Below, piece after piece: positions 9,469 to 19,668 of a DNA stretch of 64,000 nt (its first letter is position 1; the number at the start of each line of letters is the position of its first letter). The translations under genes and the position numbers were made by a program. The DNA is from an uncultured Thermoleophilia bacterium. Its GTDB lineage: Bacteria > Actinomycetota > Thermoleophilia > UBA2241. The stretch covers positions 160,001 through 224,000 of the forward strand of contig CAVPCT010000003.1 of assembly GCA_963702475.1 (NCBI GenBank). Direction: 5' to 3'. The notes under the pieces are model-generated. The model was given only the letters and a program-made list of their open reading frames with translations. It had not been told where the DNA came from and searched no databases.

Positions 9469-9993
9469 ATGCTGGACCCGAAGATACAGGACGCCCTGAA
9501 CGCGCAGATCAACTGGGAGTTCTACTCCGCGTACCTGTACCTCTCCATGGCGAGCCAGTTCGCCGAGAGCGGCATGCCTGGAGGCCAGAGCTGGATGACG
9601 GTGCAGTACCAGGAGGAGATCGCACACGCGCGGATCATGTTCAACTACGTGCTCACCCGCGGCGGCAGGGTCCTGCTCGAGCAGATCGACAAGCCGCGCA
9701 TCGAGTGGCCGGACGGCCTCAGCATGTTCCGGGACGCGCTGGAGCACGAAGAGGGCGTCACGGCACGCATCCACGACCTCGCATCCCTGGCCCTGGAGCT
9801 CAAGGACCACGCCACGTACAACTTCCTGCAGTGGTTCATCGCCGAGCAGGTGGAGGAAGAGGAGACCGCGCAGGACATGGTGCAGAAGTTCCGCATGGCC
9901 GGCGAGCACCCCGCGGGCCTGTACCAGCTCGACAAGGAGCTGGCGACGCGCGCGTACAACGAGCCGTCGCCCCTGGCTGCGACCGGCGCGTGA
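9469..9993 (+). CDS. ftnA: Non-heme ferritin
   Basis: QINWEFYSAYLYLSM, QYQEEIAHA, EHE, FLQWFIAEQVEEE ferroxidase residues. Confidence 0.92.
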   Translation: MLDPKIQDALNAQINWEFYSAYLYLSMASQFAESGMPGGQSWMTVQYQEEIAHARIMFNYVLTRGGRVLLEQIDKPRIEWPDGLSMFRDALEHEEGVTARIHDLASLALELKDHATYNFLQWFIAEQVEEEETAQDMVQKFRMAGEHPAGLYQLDKELATRAYNEPSPLAATGA

Positions 9994-10038
9994 GCACCTG
10001 CCGCGGACGCCGGCGGGCAGCGCGGCCGCCCGCCGGCG

Positions 10039-10566
10039 TCAGAGCGGCCGCACGAGGATGAGGCAGGGGTTCTCCGGCCCCCAGACCTGCGGCAGCTCCT
10101 CCAGCGGGACGAAGCCGAGCGCCTCGTAGAACCGGCGCGTAGCCGCGTACCCTGGGTCCGGGTCGCTCGGCGCCAGCGTCTTGACGTGCAGCAGGGTGCA
10201 GCCCTCGGCGCGGGCGTGCGCGGCCGCGCGCTCCACGAGCGCGCGGCCTATCCCGCGCCGGTGCTGCTCCGGCAGCACGGCCAGCACGTGCACCTCCGCG
10301 GCCCGAGGGCTCGTCGGCTTCAGCGTGAGGAAGCCGACGACCTCGCCCTGCCGGGCGGCCGATCCTGGTCCGTGCTCGCCGGTCGCGCCCGGTGCGGAGG
10401 CGGGCGCGCGCACGACGAACGTGGGCAGGCTGGCGGCCGCGGCGGCGTAGTCCAGCAAGGCGCTCTCGATGCCGAACCAGGCCGGAAGTGTTCGGAGGAT
10501 GCGTTCCGCCGCGTCGCCCTGGCCGCGGAGCGGCCCGTCGACGCGGTGCGGAGCGTCGTCGCTCAC
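10039..10566 (-). CDS. GNAT family N-acetyltransferase
   Basis: ILRTLPAWFGI, AVLPEQHRRGIGRAL (motif A), FYEALGF; start overlaps permease stop. Confidence 0.82.
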   Translation of the reverse strand: MSDDAPHRVDGPLRGQGDAAERILRTLPAWFGIESALLDYAAAAASLPTFVVRAPASAPGATGEHGPGSAARQGEVVGFLTLKPTSPRAAEVHVLAVLPEQHRRGIGRALVERAAAHARAEGCTLLHVKTLAPSDPDPGYAATRRFYEALGFVPLEELPQVWGPENPCLILVRPL

Positions 10567-11327
10567 GTGACGTCGCGGCGCAGGGAGATGAAGACCGCCG
10601 CGACGGCCACGACGGCGATGTATCCCACGCTGACGAGGAACGCCTGCGGCCTGTCCAGACCGGGGACCGTGGCCAGAGTGTCTGCGCTCTGCTGGCTGAC
10701 GTTGCTCACGGTGACCTGGTTGAACATCTGGAACGGGAGCCAGTTGCCCACGGCGGGCTTGAGCGCGGCCACGAGCGGTTCGGCCACGAGCGCCCAGATC
10801 AGCGTCACGGCCACCGTGACGGCCTGGAGCCGAACGAGGGCGCCGAGCGCCACGCCGAACGCCGTGATGAGACCGGCGACCACGATCTGGCGGGCGTAGT
10901 CGCCGGCCGTCGCGCCGCCGCTCGCGTCGATCTCCACGCCGCGGACCACACCGCCGAGCTCGATGGTCGCGTACACGAGCGCGACGGCGAGGAGCATCAT
11001 CACCATCCCGACGGCGGCGTACACGGCGAGCTTCATGACCATCACCTGCCACCGTCTGGGGGTGACGAGGTAGGAGTACGTGATGGTGCCGTGCCGGTAC
11101 TCGCCGGTCATCCCGAGGATGCCGAACACGAGGAGCGCCAGCGGCACGAGCGTGCTGGCGGTGTTGAGAAGGCCGGCGATGCCGTCCTGCTCCAGCCACT
11201 CCTCCGGCACCAGGGCGATGAGCAGCACGAGCGGCACGAGGACGACCACGAGGACGACGAGGAACAGCACCAGCGTCGTCCTGGTGCTGCGCAGCTTGAG
11301 GAGCTCCGCGCGCGCCAGGGCGATCAG
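10563..11327 (-). CDS. ABC-2 type exporter permease
   Basis: RAELLKLRS, GEYRHGTI...TPRR, about 6 TM, C-terminal RRDV; apparent CTG start at 11327. Confidence 0.85.
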   Translation of the reverse strand: MIALARAELLKLRSTRTTLVLFLVVLVVVLVPLVLLIALVPEEWLEQDGIAGLLNTASTLVPLALLVFGILGMTGEYRHGTITYSYLVTPRRWQVMVMKLAVYAAVGMVMMLLAVALVYATIELGGVVRGVEIDASGGATAGDYARQIVVAGLITAFGVALGALVRLQAVTVAVTLIWALVAEPLVAALKPAVGNWLPFQMFNQVTVSNVSQQSADTLATVPGLDRPQAFLVSVGYIAVVAVAAVFISLRRDVT

Positions 11328-12361
11328 GAGTCGCCCCCGGGACGAGGGGCAGACGAGCGCGCGCCGGCCTGCGGCGTGAGCCCGGCGCCACTGTCCTGAA
11401 CGGCGGATCCCGTTTCTGAGGCCGGCTCCGGCAGCGCCGGCTGGCCGGCGCCTGTGGCCGGCGCCGGGTCGTCGCGCCGCGTGCCGGCGATCTGCAGGAA
11501 GAGGTCCTCGAGGCTGGGCTGCTCGGTGAGGAGCTCGTGGACCGGCAGCCCGCAGGCGTGCGCGAGGTCGCCGACCTGTGCGGCGCTGGGGCCACGCACG
11601 GCGAGCGCCTCGCCCAGACAGTTGACGGCCGCGCCGTTGGCGCGGAGCGCGGCCTCGAGATCCTGCGCCCTGGGCGAGCGCACGCGCACCACCGGCTGCG
11701 CCGAGGCCGTCAGGGCGCTGATCGGTCCCTGCGCGAGCAGCCTGCCCTCGCTGAGGATGAGCACGTCGTCCACGGTCTGCTCGACCTCGGCGAGCACGTG
11801 GCTGGAGACGAGTACGGTGCGCCCCTCCGCGGCGCGCCCGCGCAGGAACGTGCGCAGCCAGCGCATGCCCTCGGGGTCGAGGCCGTTGGCCGGCTCGTCG
11901 AGGATGAGCACCTCGGGGTCTCCCAGCAGGGCGGCCGCCAGGGCGAGGCGTTGCTTCATGCCCGTCGAGTAGCCCTTGACGCGGCGCTGCGCCGCGACGT
12001 CCAGCTCGACGAGGCCAAGGACCTCGTCCACACGCTCGTAGGGGATCCCGGCGCCGGCCGCGATCACGCGCAGGGCGTTTTGTCCGGAACGGCCGGGGTG
12101 GAAGCCGGAGGCGTCGAGCAGCGCGCCCACCCGCTTCGCAGGGGCGCGCAGCTCGCGGTACCGGCTCCCCAGGATGTGCACGCTGCCGGACGTCGGCCGG
12201 ACGAGGTCCAGGATCATGCGCAGGGTGGTGGTCTTGCCGGCGCCGTTGGGGCCCAGCACGCCGGTGATCGAGCCGGGTTCGATGGCGAAGGTGACGTCGT
12301 CGACGGCGAGCACGCGTCTGCCGAAGCGCTTGGTGAGATGCTCGGCCTCGATGACGGCCAT
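11324..12361 (-). CDS. ABC transporter ATP-binding protein
   Basis: GPNGAGKTT, YSTGMKQR, LILDEP; GGAGG RBS. Confidence 0.92.
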   Translation of the reverse strand: MAVIEAEHLTKRFGRRVLAVDDVTFAIEPGSITGVLGPNGAGKTTTLRMILDLVRPTSGSVHILGSRYRELRAPAKRVGALLDASGFHPGRSGQNALRVIAAGAGIPYERVDEVLGLVELDVAAQRRVKGYSTGMKQRLALAAALLGDPEVLILDEPANGLDPEGMRWLRTFLRGRAAEGRTVLVSSHVLAEVEQTVDDVLILSEGRLLAQGPISALTASAQPVVRVRSPRAQDLEAALRANGAAVNCLGEALAVRGPSAAQVGDLAHACGLPVHELLTEQPSLEDLFLQIAGTRRDDPAPATGAGQPALPEPASETGSAVQDSGAGLTPQAGARSSAPRPGGDS

Positions 12362-12429
12362 GACTTCCTCCCGTCGCGGTCCGGCTCCGAGTCTACACGA
12401 CGGCAGGCCGGCCTCGCGGGCGCCCCGCC

Positions 12430-13398
12430 TCAGCCCACCGCGAGCGTCTTCTCGTACACGAGGTGCGCCCCGCGCACAGGCCGCATGCCCACGGAGCCGT
12501 ACAGCTGCATCGCCCCTGTGGGGTTCAGCGTGTCCACGCCGAGGTAGGCGACCGGCAGGCCGCGACCACGCAGCTCCGCGAAGGACTGCAGCAGCAAGGC
12601 GCGACCGAGGCCCCTGCCGCGCCAGCCGCGGCGCACCGCCAGTTCGTCGATGTACCCGCCCAGAGGAGTCGGGAAGGCCAGCAGCCCGCCGGCCACCTCG
12701 TCGCCGTCCCAGGCCACCCACCAGAGGCCGGGGTCCAGGTCGGGCCGGCCGAAGCGCAGGGTCTTCCAGTCGTCCAGGTCCATCAGTTCGGGGTGCCAGT
12801 GATCGAGGAACGCCTCCTGTACGGCGGCGTGCACCGCGGCTTCGTCCCGGTCCCTGCGGAATGTGCGCACCACGATGCCTTCGGGCCACACGGGCGCCGG
12901 CGGCGCCTCGTCCAGCGGCGCCTGCAGGCGCGCGAAGCTGCGCACGTGCTCGTACCCCCGCCGTTCGAACAGGGCCAGGCGCAGGTCCTCGCTCTCGTGT
13001 GCGAACGCGTTCAGTGTGGCCGCGGCCGGGGCGTGGCCGGCGGCCGTGGCCGCGCATCTCGTTTCGGCCGCGTCGAGCAGGAACTCCTCGAGCCCTCTGC
13101 TCTCGTGTCCGGGGTGGATGCTGTGCCCCGTCACGAACATGTCCGGCGGCCGCTCCTGGTACACGAACCCGTAGGCGGCCGCCGCGCCGTCGGCCGCCGA
13201 GACCAGCCACAGATCGTGCAACGGGTCCAGGCGCGGCAAGGACCACTCCTCGAGCACATCGGCGACGGTGGAGTCGCTCTCCCCGTGGCGCGTCAGGTCG
13301 ATGGTGCGCTTGAGGGCGGCGACGGCCTCGGCGTCATCGCGCCGGGGGGGACGGACGGTGTAGCCGGGTGGGGGGACGTGTCGACCGGGCGGGCTCAT
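12430..13398 (-). CDS. Tandem GNAT acetyltransferase (MshD-like fold)
   Basis: Two GNAT halves (HPGHESRGL; VRRGWRGRGLGRALL..LGVDTLNPTGA); TAGAAT 8 nt before ATG. Confidence 0.8.
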   Translation of the reverse strand: MSPPGRHVPPPGYTVRPPRRDDAEAVAALKRTIDLTRHGESDSTVADVLEEWSLPRLDPLHDLWLVSAADGAAAAYGFVYQERPPDMFVTGHSIHPGHESRGLEEFLLDAAETRCAATAAGHAPAAATLNAFAHESEDLRLALFERRGYEHVRSFARLQAPLDEAPPAPVWPEGIVVRTFRRDRDEAAVHAAVQEAFLDHWHPELMDLDDWKTLRFGRPDLDPGLWWVAWDGDEVAGGLLAFPTPLGGYIDELAVRRGWRGRGLGRALLLQSFAELRGRGLPVAYLGVDTLNPTGAMQLYGSVGMRPVRGAHLVYEKTLAVG

Positions 13399-13604
13399 GC
13401 AGCACGATTCTACCGGCCGTGCGACGCGCGTGACGCGGCGAACGCGGCTTGACGCTCTGCCGTCTCCCGCACGGGGAACGATGACGGGAGCGGCGGGACC
13501 GGCGGGAGGGACGCCGGGAGGCGAAGATCAGACCGGCGCTCCAGCGGCCACGGACGTCGCCGCCGGCCGTCGCGACCGTCGTCGGGGCCTGCGGGGGCAG
13601 CAGA

Positions 13605-13640
13605 GCGGCGGGCGGCGACCGGGAGGTCGCCGCCCGCCGC
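13605..13640 (-). terminator. Hairpin downstream of ychF
   Basis: 16-bp perfect stem gcggcgggcggcgacc-ggga-ggtcgccgcccgccgc. Confidence 0.6.
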
Positions 13641-13696
13641 GGCCTGTCTGGTCGCAGAGCAGGTCGCGGGCGCGGCCGCGGTACGGCCGCCGCGCC

Positions 13697-14797
13697 TCAG
13701 CCGGTGTGCATGAAGTTGATCACGTCGCCGTCCTGCACGACGTACTCCTTGCCCTCGGTGCGCAGCAGGGCCTTCTCGCGGGCGGCGTGGAACGACTTGA
13801 GCGCGATGAGGTCCTCGATGCGCACCACCTGGGCACGCACGAAGCCGTGTTCGATGTCGCTGTGGATGCGGCCCGCCGCCTGCTTGGCGTTCCAGCCCTT
13901 GGGCAGTTGCCAGGCGCGCGACTCGCTGCTGCGGAAGTCGCCGGTGAAGAACGTGACGTAGCCGAGCACGTCGTAGGCGGCGCGGATGAGCACGTCCACG
14001 GCGCCGGCCTCGCCGGCGCCGAGCTCTGCGCGAAAGAGCGCCGCCTCCGCGTCGTCCAGATCGGCGAGCTCGGCCTCGAGGCGCGCGGCTACGGCGACCA
14101 CCTGGTCGCCCCTGCCGCGCGCCCACTCGACGAAGTCGGCCTGCTGCTGCAGTACCGCCGTCACGTCGGCGTCGTCGTCGGTGTTGAGCACGAACAGGAT
14201 CGGGCGGTCGCTCACCAGCGCGAGCTCGCGGAACAGCGCGGCGTCTTCTGGCGCGCGCGCCAATGCGCGCGCCAGCACGCCCTCCAGCAGGCTCGCGTGC
14301 AGGCGCTCGAGCACCTCCAGCTCGTGCTGGGCCGACCTGTCGCCGCTGCGCGCCGCCTTCTTCGTCTTGTCGAGGCGGCGCTCGACCAGCTCCAGGTCGC
14401 TGAGCACGAGCTCAGTCTCCACGAGCTCCACATCGGCCGGCGGGTCGGTGCCCTCGCGCACGTGCGCGACCTCGGGGTCGTCGAAGGCGCGCACCACGTG
14501 CGCCACCGCGTCCACGCCGCGGATGTCGGCGAGGAAGCGGTTCCCCAGGCCTTCGCCGCGGCTGGCGCCCTCAGCGAGCCCGGCGATGTCGACCACGTCG
14601 ATGGTGGCGTTGACCTTCTTGGGCGTCTCCAGCACCTCGTGCAGCCGGTCCAGCCGCTCGTCGGGCACGGCCACCACGCCGACGTTGGATTCGGCCGAGG
14701 TGTAGGCGTAGGCGGTCGCCGCGGCGTGGCCGTGCGTCAGGGCGTTGAAGAGCGTCGTCTTGCCTACGTTGGGCAGACCCACGATGCCGAGTTTCAC
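13697..14797 (-). CDS. ychF: Ribosome-binding ATPase YchF
   Basis: GIVGLPNVGKTT, DIAGL..GASRGEGLGNRFL, AAGRIHSD, EGKEYVVQDGD. Confidence 0.95.
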   Translation of the reverse strand: MKLGIVGLPNVGKTTLFNALTHGHAAATAYAYTSAESNVGVVAVPDERLDRLHEVLETPKKVNATIDVVDIAGLAEGASRGEGLGNRFLADIRGVDAVAHVVRAFDDPEVAHVREGTDPPADVELVETELVLSDLELVERRLDKTKKAARSGDRSAQHELEVLERLHASLLEGVLARALARAPEDAALFRELALVSDRPILFVLNTDDDADVTAVLQQQADFVEWARGRGDQVVAVAARLEAELADLDDAEAALFRAELGAGEAGAVDVLIRAAYDVLGYVTFFTGDFRSSESRAWQLPKGWNAKQAAGRIHSDIEHGFVRAQVVRIEDLIALKSFHAAREKALLRTEGKEYVVQDGDVINFMHTG

Positions 14798-15783
14798 GGG
14801 TGTGTCTCCAGTTTGCTGGTGAGCAGGGTCTCGAGCAGGCGCGAGAGCTGGCGGAGCTGCTGCTTCACGCGGCCGGGGTGGCGGCCGTCGATGTACGGTA
14901 CCGTGTCGCGCGCTGCCCGGCGCCCGCCCGCCGCCCCTTCCTCGGCGTCCCACGCCCCGGAGGTGAAGGTCGCCGTCGCGATCCCCAGCGCCGCGAACGG
15001 GTCGTCGTCGCCCGGAGTGCGCGCCACGCCGGCCGGCAACCCGTCGTCAGCCGGCCCGGAGGCGAGCTCCAGGCCCTGGCTCTGCGCGGCCGCCAGGACG
15101 TCGTCGCGCAGCCACGTCGGCCCGCTTGGCGCGCTCGTCACGTTGATCTCGGGTCCGCCGGCCGGCGCGTCCAGGTTGATCATGCCGAGGATCGCCTTGC
15201 GCTCCACGGGTCGCAGCCGGCTCACGTAGTGCCGCGAGCCCACCTCGCCCTGTTCCTCCGCGCCGAAGGCCACGAACACCACTGTGTAGGGTGTCACCTG
15301 GCGCTTGATGCGCGCCGCCGTCTCGAGCAGCAGCCCGATGCCCGTGGCGTTGTCGGCGTAGCCCTGACCCGCGGCCGCCGAGTCGTAGTGGGCGCCCACG
15401 ACGAGCTGCTTGGCCGACTCGCCCTGCTTGACCGCGATGATGTTGCCCGAGTGCACGCGACCATCGTCGCCGCGGGCGATGAATTCCTGCAGGCGCGGGA
15501 AGTAGCCGTACCGCTGGAAGCTGTCGTACACCGCCTCCCGGGCGCGGATCTCGCCCCACGTGTCGGCGACGCGTCTCGGCACGGTCTCGGCCAGCGTCTT
15601 GGCGGTCACGTAGCCGACCGAGCCGTAGGCCGTCGCCGTGACGGCGGCCGAGGGCCGTCCGGCCTTCTCAGCCGTCTCCGAGCATCCGCCGAACGCGCCA
15701 CCGGCGGCCACGCCGATGGCCACCACCAGCGCGGCCGCGACCGCAATGGCCACCCACGCGCCCTTGGTGCGCAGCGCCGTCAC
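14794..15783 (-). CDS. Exported M28 family zinc metallopeptidase
   Basis: GAHYDS, ADNATG, FGAEEQG, MINLD; N-terminal hydrophobic signal. Confidence 0.8.
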   Translation of the reverse strand: MTALRTKGAWVAIAVAAALVVAIGVAAGGAFGGCSETAEKAGRPSAAVTATAYGSVGYVTAKTLAETVPRRVADTWGEIRAREAVYDSFQRYGYFPRLQEFIARGDDGRVHSGNIIAVKQGESAKQLVVGAHYDSAAAGQGYADNATGIGLLLETAARIKRQVTPYTVVFVAFGAEEQGEVGSRHYVSRLRPVERKAILGMINLDAPAGGPEINVTSAPSGPTWLRDDVLAAAQSQGLELASGPADDGLPAGVARTPGDDDPFAALGIATATFTSGAWDAEEGAAGGRRAARDTVPYIDGRHPGRVKQQLRQLSRLLETLLTSKLETHP

Positions 15784-15784
15784 G

Positions 15785-16369
15785 TCAGAACCCCACAGGA
15801 ACGAGCCATATCCACAGGGCACCGAAGATCAGGCCGTACGTGACGCCGCCGAGCACGTCGCCCAAGTAGTGGACTCCCAGATACACGCGGCTGAAGCAGA
15901 GCACCACGGCCAGGACGACCAGCCACGGGAGCGCCCACGGGTACAGGGCGCCCACGGTCAGCACGGCCACCATCGACATGCTGGCGTGCGACGACGGAAA
16001 CGACTTGCTGTAGGGCAACGGGATCTGCACGGGAAGGTCCGGGTCGGCCACAGGGGGACGCGGGCGGGCCACGACCCGTTTGATGGCGAAGCCCGTTGCC
16101 TCCACCAGCGTCACTGGGACGGCCACGTACAACGCCTTACGCAGAGGTTCGGGCTCGCCGGAGAGCCACGGCAGCAGGCCCACCACGTACCAGAGGATGC
16201 CGTAGTTGGCGGTCAGCGAGAGACCGCTGAGCGGCAGCGTGAACCAGCGCGGGTGGGGCCAGCCGACGGCGGCACGACGCGACAGATCGCGGTCGAGGCT
16301 GTCGATGCGGTCGAGGCGTCCGGGGGCTGAGGGGGGCGCGGCGTCTGTGGAGCCGGAGGAGGGGGGCAT
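15785..16369 (-). CDS. PAP2 family phosphatase
   Basis: KRVVARPRP, SFPSSH, SRVYLGVHYLGDV. Confidence 0.88.
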   Translation of the reverse strand: MPPSSGSTDAAPPSAPGRLDRIDSLDRDLSRRAAVGWPHPRWFTLPLSGLSLTANYGILWYVVGLLPWLSGEPEPLRKALYVAVPVTLVEATGFAIKRVVARPRPPVADPDLPVQIPLPYSKSFPSSHASMSMVAVLTVGALYPWALPWLVVLAVVLCFSRVYLGVHYLGDVLGGVTYGLIFGALWIWLVPVGF

Positions 16370-16429
16370 GGGTATCAGCTCAAGTATACAATCCGGTGGT
16401 TCCCGCCTCTCCCTGCGAGAAAGGTCCTC

Positions 16430-16705
16430 ATGCGCACCACGGTCATCGTCACCGCGCTCGGCCCCGACGGCCACGGCCTGCTGGCCAGGGTCGCCACCAC
16501 CGTGGCCGACTGCGAGGCCAACATCGATGACGTCAGCCAGACCGTGTCCAACGGCATGTTCACCATGATCATGTTCGTCTCGTTCGACGAGACCGAGACC
16601 ACCATGGCCGACCTCAAGGCCGCGCTGGAGAAGACCGGGGAGGAGATCGGGCTGCAGATCCACGTGCAGCACGAGAACATCTTCAAGTTCATGCACCGCA
16701 TCTGA
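16430..16705 (+). CDS. ACT-domain protein (UPF0237)
   Basis: VTALGPDGHG..NIDDVSQTV...QHENIFKFMHRI. Confidence 0.88.
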   Translation: MRTTVIVTALGPDGHGLLARVATTVADCEANIDDVSQTVSNGMFTMIMFVSFDETETTMADLKAALEKTGEEIGLQIHVQHENIFKFMHRI

Positions 16706-16759
16706 GGCCGGCGGCGGGGCCCCTGCCGGCCCGCCGGCCCGTCCCCGCCGGGAGGCGCC

Positions 16760-18124
16760 GTGGTCTTCATCACCGAGCAGGAGATCCTCGAGACCGTCAG
16801 CATGATCCGGTCGGAGAAGCTGGACGTGCGCGCGGTCACCATGGGCATCTCGCTCGACGACTGCTCGGAGCGTGACCCGCGGCGTACCGCCGAGCGCATC
16901 CACGCCAAGATCGTGCAGCGCGCCGGGCGCCTCGTGGCCGTGGCCGGCCAGTTGGAGGAGAAGTACGGCATCCCCATCGTCAACAAGCGCGTCTCGCTGA
17001 CGCCGATCGCCGGCGTGGTGGGCAGCGACGACCCCGCCGCCTACGTGGAGGTCGCGCACGCCCTCGACGCCGCCGCCGAGGAGATCGGCATAGACTTCGT
17101 CGGCGGATTCAGCGCCATGGTGCAGAAGGGGCTCACACGGGGCGACGCGGCGCTGATCGAGGCCATCCCGTCGGCCGTCAGCGGCACGCGTCGCGTGTGC
17201 TCGTCGGTCAACGTGGCGTCCACGCGCGCAGGCATCAACATGGACGCCGTGGTGCGCATGGCCGACGTCATCAAGGCGCTCTCCAAGCTGACCGCGGACG
17301 ACGACTGTATAGGCTGCGCCAAGCTGGTGGTGTTCTGCAACGTCCCCGAGGACAACCCCTTCATGGCCGGCGCTCTGCACGGCAGCGGCGAGCCCGAGGT
17401 AAGCGTCAACGTCGCCATCTCCGGCCCCGGCGTGGTGCGCAACGTCGTGCAGAACAACCCCGAGGCCTCGCTCATCGAGCTCGCCGACCTCATCAAGCGC
17501 ACCACGTTCAAGATAACGCGCGTCGGCGAGCTCGTGGCGCGTGAGGCATCCCAGCTCCTCAACGCCCAGATGGGGATCATCGACCTCTCGCTGGCGCCCA
17601 CTCCGGCGGTGGGCGACTCCATCGCCGAGATCCTCGAGAGCATGGGGCTCGAGCAGGTCGGCGCGCCCGGCACCACGGCGGCACTGGCCATGCTCAACGA
17701 CGCCGTCAAGAAGGGCGGCACCATGGCCACGTCGTCTACCGGCGGACTGTCCGGTGCCTTCATCCCCGTGAGCGAGGATGCCGCCATGGCCAAGGCCGCC
17801 GCCGACGGGACGCTCAGCGTGGAGAAACTCGAGGCGATGACGGCGGTGTGCTCGCTGGGCCTGGACATGATCGTGGTGCCCGGCGACATCTCGCGCAACG
17901 CCCTGGCCGGTATGATCGCCGACGTCATGGCCATCGGAATGATCAACTCGAAGACCACCGGCGCCCGGCTCATCCCGGCCTACGGCAAGAAGGTCGGGGA
18001 CTGGGTGAACCTGGGCGGTCTGTTCGGGGCCGGACCCGTGATGGCGGTGAGCACCGCCGGCAACGACGCCTTCGTAGGCCGCGGGGGACGCATTCCGGCC
18101 CCTCTTCAGAGTCTCACGAACTAG
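16760..18124 (+). CDS. PFL-like protein (UPF0210/DUF711)
   Basis: LDVRAVTMGISL, GIPIVNKRVSLTP, DNPFMAGALHG, GGLSGAFIPVSED, GGRIPAP. Confidence 0.9.
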   Translation: MVFITEQEILETVSMIRSEKLDVRAVTMGISLDDCSERDPRRTAERIHAKIVQRAGRLVAVAGQLEEKYGIPIVNKRVSLTPIAGVVGSDDPAAYVEVAHALDAAAEEIGIDFVGGFSAMVQKGLTRGDAALIEAIPSAVSGTRRVCSSVNVASTRAGINMDAVVRMADVIKALSKLTADDDCIGCAKLVVFCNVPEDNPFMAGALHGSGEPEVSVNVAISGPGVVRNVVQNNPEASLIELADLIKRTTFKITRVGELVAREASQLLNAQMGIIDLSLAPTPAVGDSIAEILESMGLEQVGAPGTTAALAMLNDAVKKGGTMATSSTGGLSGAFIPVSEDAAMAKAAADGTLSVEKLEAMTAVCSLGLDMIVVPGDISRNALAGMIADVMAIGMINSKTTGARLIPAYGKKVGDWVNLGGLFGAGPVMAVSTAGNDAFVGRGGRIPAPLQSLTN

Positions 18125-18210
18125 GGGCCGCTCAACAACGCTACGGCGCTTCGCCGCCTACGGGCGTTAGTCCCGCGCCGCTATCCGGGGCTGCCCGCGG
18201 CGCCGGCACC

Positions 18211-19668
18211 TCAGTGTGAGCTCTGCTCCGCGCCGGAGCCGTCCGGACCGGGATCCGCACCCGCGCCGGCCGCTCCCGCGTCGAGTTCACCGCCGGCCGC
18301 GTCGCCCGAGGTGCCGCTGCCGGTCCCGGACCCACCGTCGGCCGCGCCGCCGGTCTCCGGGCCGGCGCCGTCGTCCCCCGGAGCAGGGCTGCCGGTGCCC
18401 GAACCGCCTGCGGCCGTGCCGCCTGTCCCCGACCGCTCACCGGCGCCGCTCCCGGCGGAGCCCCCAGTTCCGTCTCCGTTGCCGTCTCCGCCGTTTCCAG
18501 AGCTGGTCCCCGTGCCCGACCCGCCCTGGCCGGTGCCGCTCTGCGCGGAGCCACCGGCGGACTCGCCGTAGCCGGCGCCGCCCTGCTGTCCCAGTCCCTG
18601 TCCGGCCGCCGCGGATCCGGCCTGGCCCGTAGGGGCGCCCGACCGCTGGCCGTGTCCGAGGCCTGCGCCGGGACTTGCCCATGAGCCCGGGCCGGCGTCG
18701 CTGCGTGCACCGGCGGTCGCGCCGGGACCCGGCGTGTGCACCACGGCCGCGGCGGGCGCGGTACGCGCGGGCCTGGGCAGCTCGTTGGCGGTCTCGCGCA
18801 CCGCTGCTGCCCCGCCGGTGGCGATGGCCGCCCCCGCCACGACGGCCGCGATCTTGACGCCGGCGGCGCTGCCCACCTTGGCCAGCACGCCGGCCACCGG
18901 TGCGGCCGCCGCGGGGATGGCGGCGGCTGGGCTCCCGGCGGCCGGTGCGGCCGACAGGGGCAGCGCGCTCAGCGCTACCGGAGCGGCCGGCGTGAGTCCG
19001 GCCACGGAGGGCGCCTGCAGCATCGTGGGGACCTTGAGGGCTGGCAGGAACGCCGCCAGCCCGGCTGCGGAGATGGTGGTGCCGGCGGGCGCGGTGTCAC
19101 GGAAGGCGCGCTTGAAGGAGGCCCGCGCCCGATGGAGCAGGACGCGGGCGGTCGCGCGGTTCACGCCCATGACGCCCGCGACCTCGTCGGTCTCGAGGCC
19201 GTGCAGGTCCCGCAGGACCAGCGCAGTCCGGTACCGGGGGGTCAGAGAGCCTAAGGCGCTCTCCACCGCGTGCGTCATCTCCGCCGAGGCGAAGCCGTCA
19301 CGGGCGGACGCGATCTCGCCGGCGTCCTCGAGTGGCGACGTCGGTCGTACCGCCTTCCTGCGCAGGTGGTCGTAGCAGGTGTTCACGGTGACTCGATACA
19401 GCCAGGGCTGCGGGTCTCGCATGCCCTTCTCGTCCGGCGGATGCGTGAAGGCCTTGAGAAAGACCTCTTGTGTGATATCGGCCGCTTCATCGCGGTCGCC
19501 GACGATGCGCGCCGCGAGGTTGTAGGTGCGTGCGTGACAGTCGTCCCAGGTCTGCTGGAACCAGACCGTGTCCGGCCCGCTCGTGTCGTCGATCTCGCGA
19601 TGATGGTCTGCAGCGACTGGCCCGGATTCCACATCACGCCTTTCGTCGCGTGGTCCATGCGCGCTCAC
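18211..19668 (-). CDS. ECF sigma-70 factor with C-terminal hydrophobic helix and Gly/Ser/Thr-rich tail
   Basis: DEAADITQEVFLKA, WLYRVTVNTCYD, LVLRDLHGLETDEVAGVMG..ARVLLHRAR. Confidence 0.85.
   Translation of the reverse strand: MSAHGPRDERRDVESGPVAADHHREIDDTSGPDTVWFQQTWDDCHARTYNLAARIVGDRDEAADITQEVFLKAFTHPPDEKGMRDPQPWLYRVTVNTCYDHLRRKAVRPTSPLEDAGEIASARDGFASAEMTHAVESALGSLTPRYRTALVLRDLHGLETDEVAGVMGVNRATARVLLHRARASFKRAFRDTAPAGTTISAAGLAAFLPALKVPTMLQAPSVAGLTPAAPVALSALPLSAAPAAGSPAAAIPAAAAPVAGVLAKVGSAAGVKIAAVVAGAAIATGGAAAVRETANELPRPARTAPAAAVVHTPGPGATAGARSDAGPGSWASPGAGLGHGQRSGAPTGQAGSAAAGQGLGQQGGAGYGESAGGSAQSGTGQGGSGTGTSSGNGGDGNGDGTGGSAGSGAGERSGTGGTAAGGSGTGSPAPGDDGAGPETGGAADGGSGTGSGTSGDAAGGELDAGAAGAGADPGPDGSGAEQSSH

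Noticed and set aside
18130-18172. attC-like element (gctcaac...gttagtc)
   Set aside because: Only about 43 bp, imperfect core site, single copy and no integron integrase; more likely a terminator-like hairpin
18220-18760. Repetitive DNA resembling a repeat array
   Set aside because: It encodes the Gly/Ser/Thr-rich tail of the sigma factor; no fixed repeat-spacer periodicity, so not CRISPR
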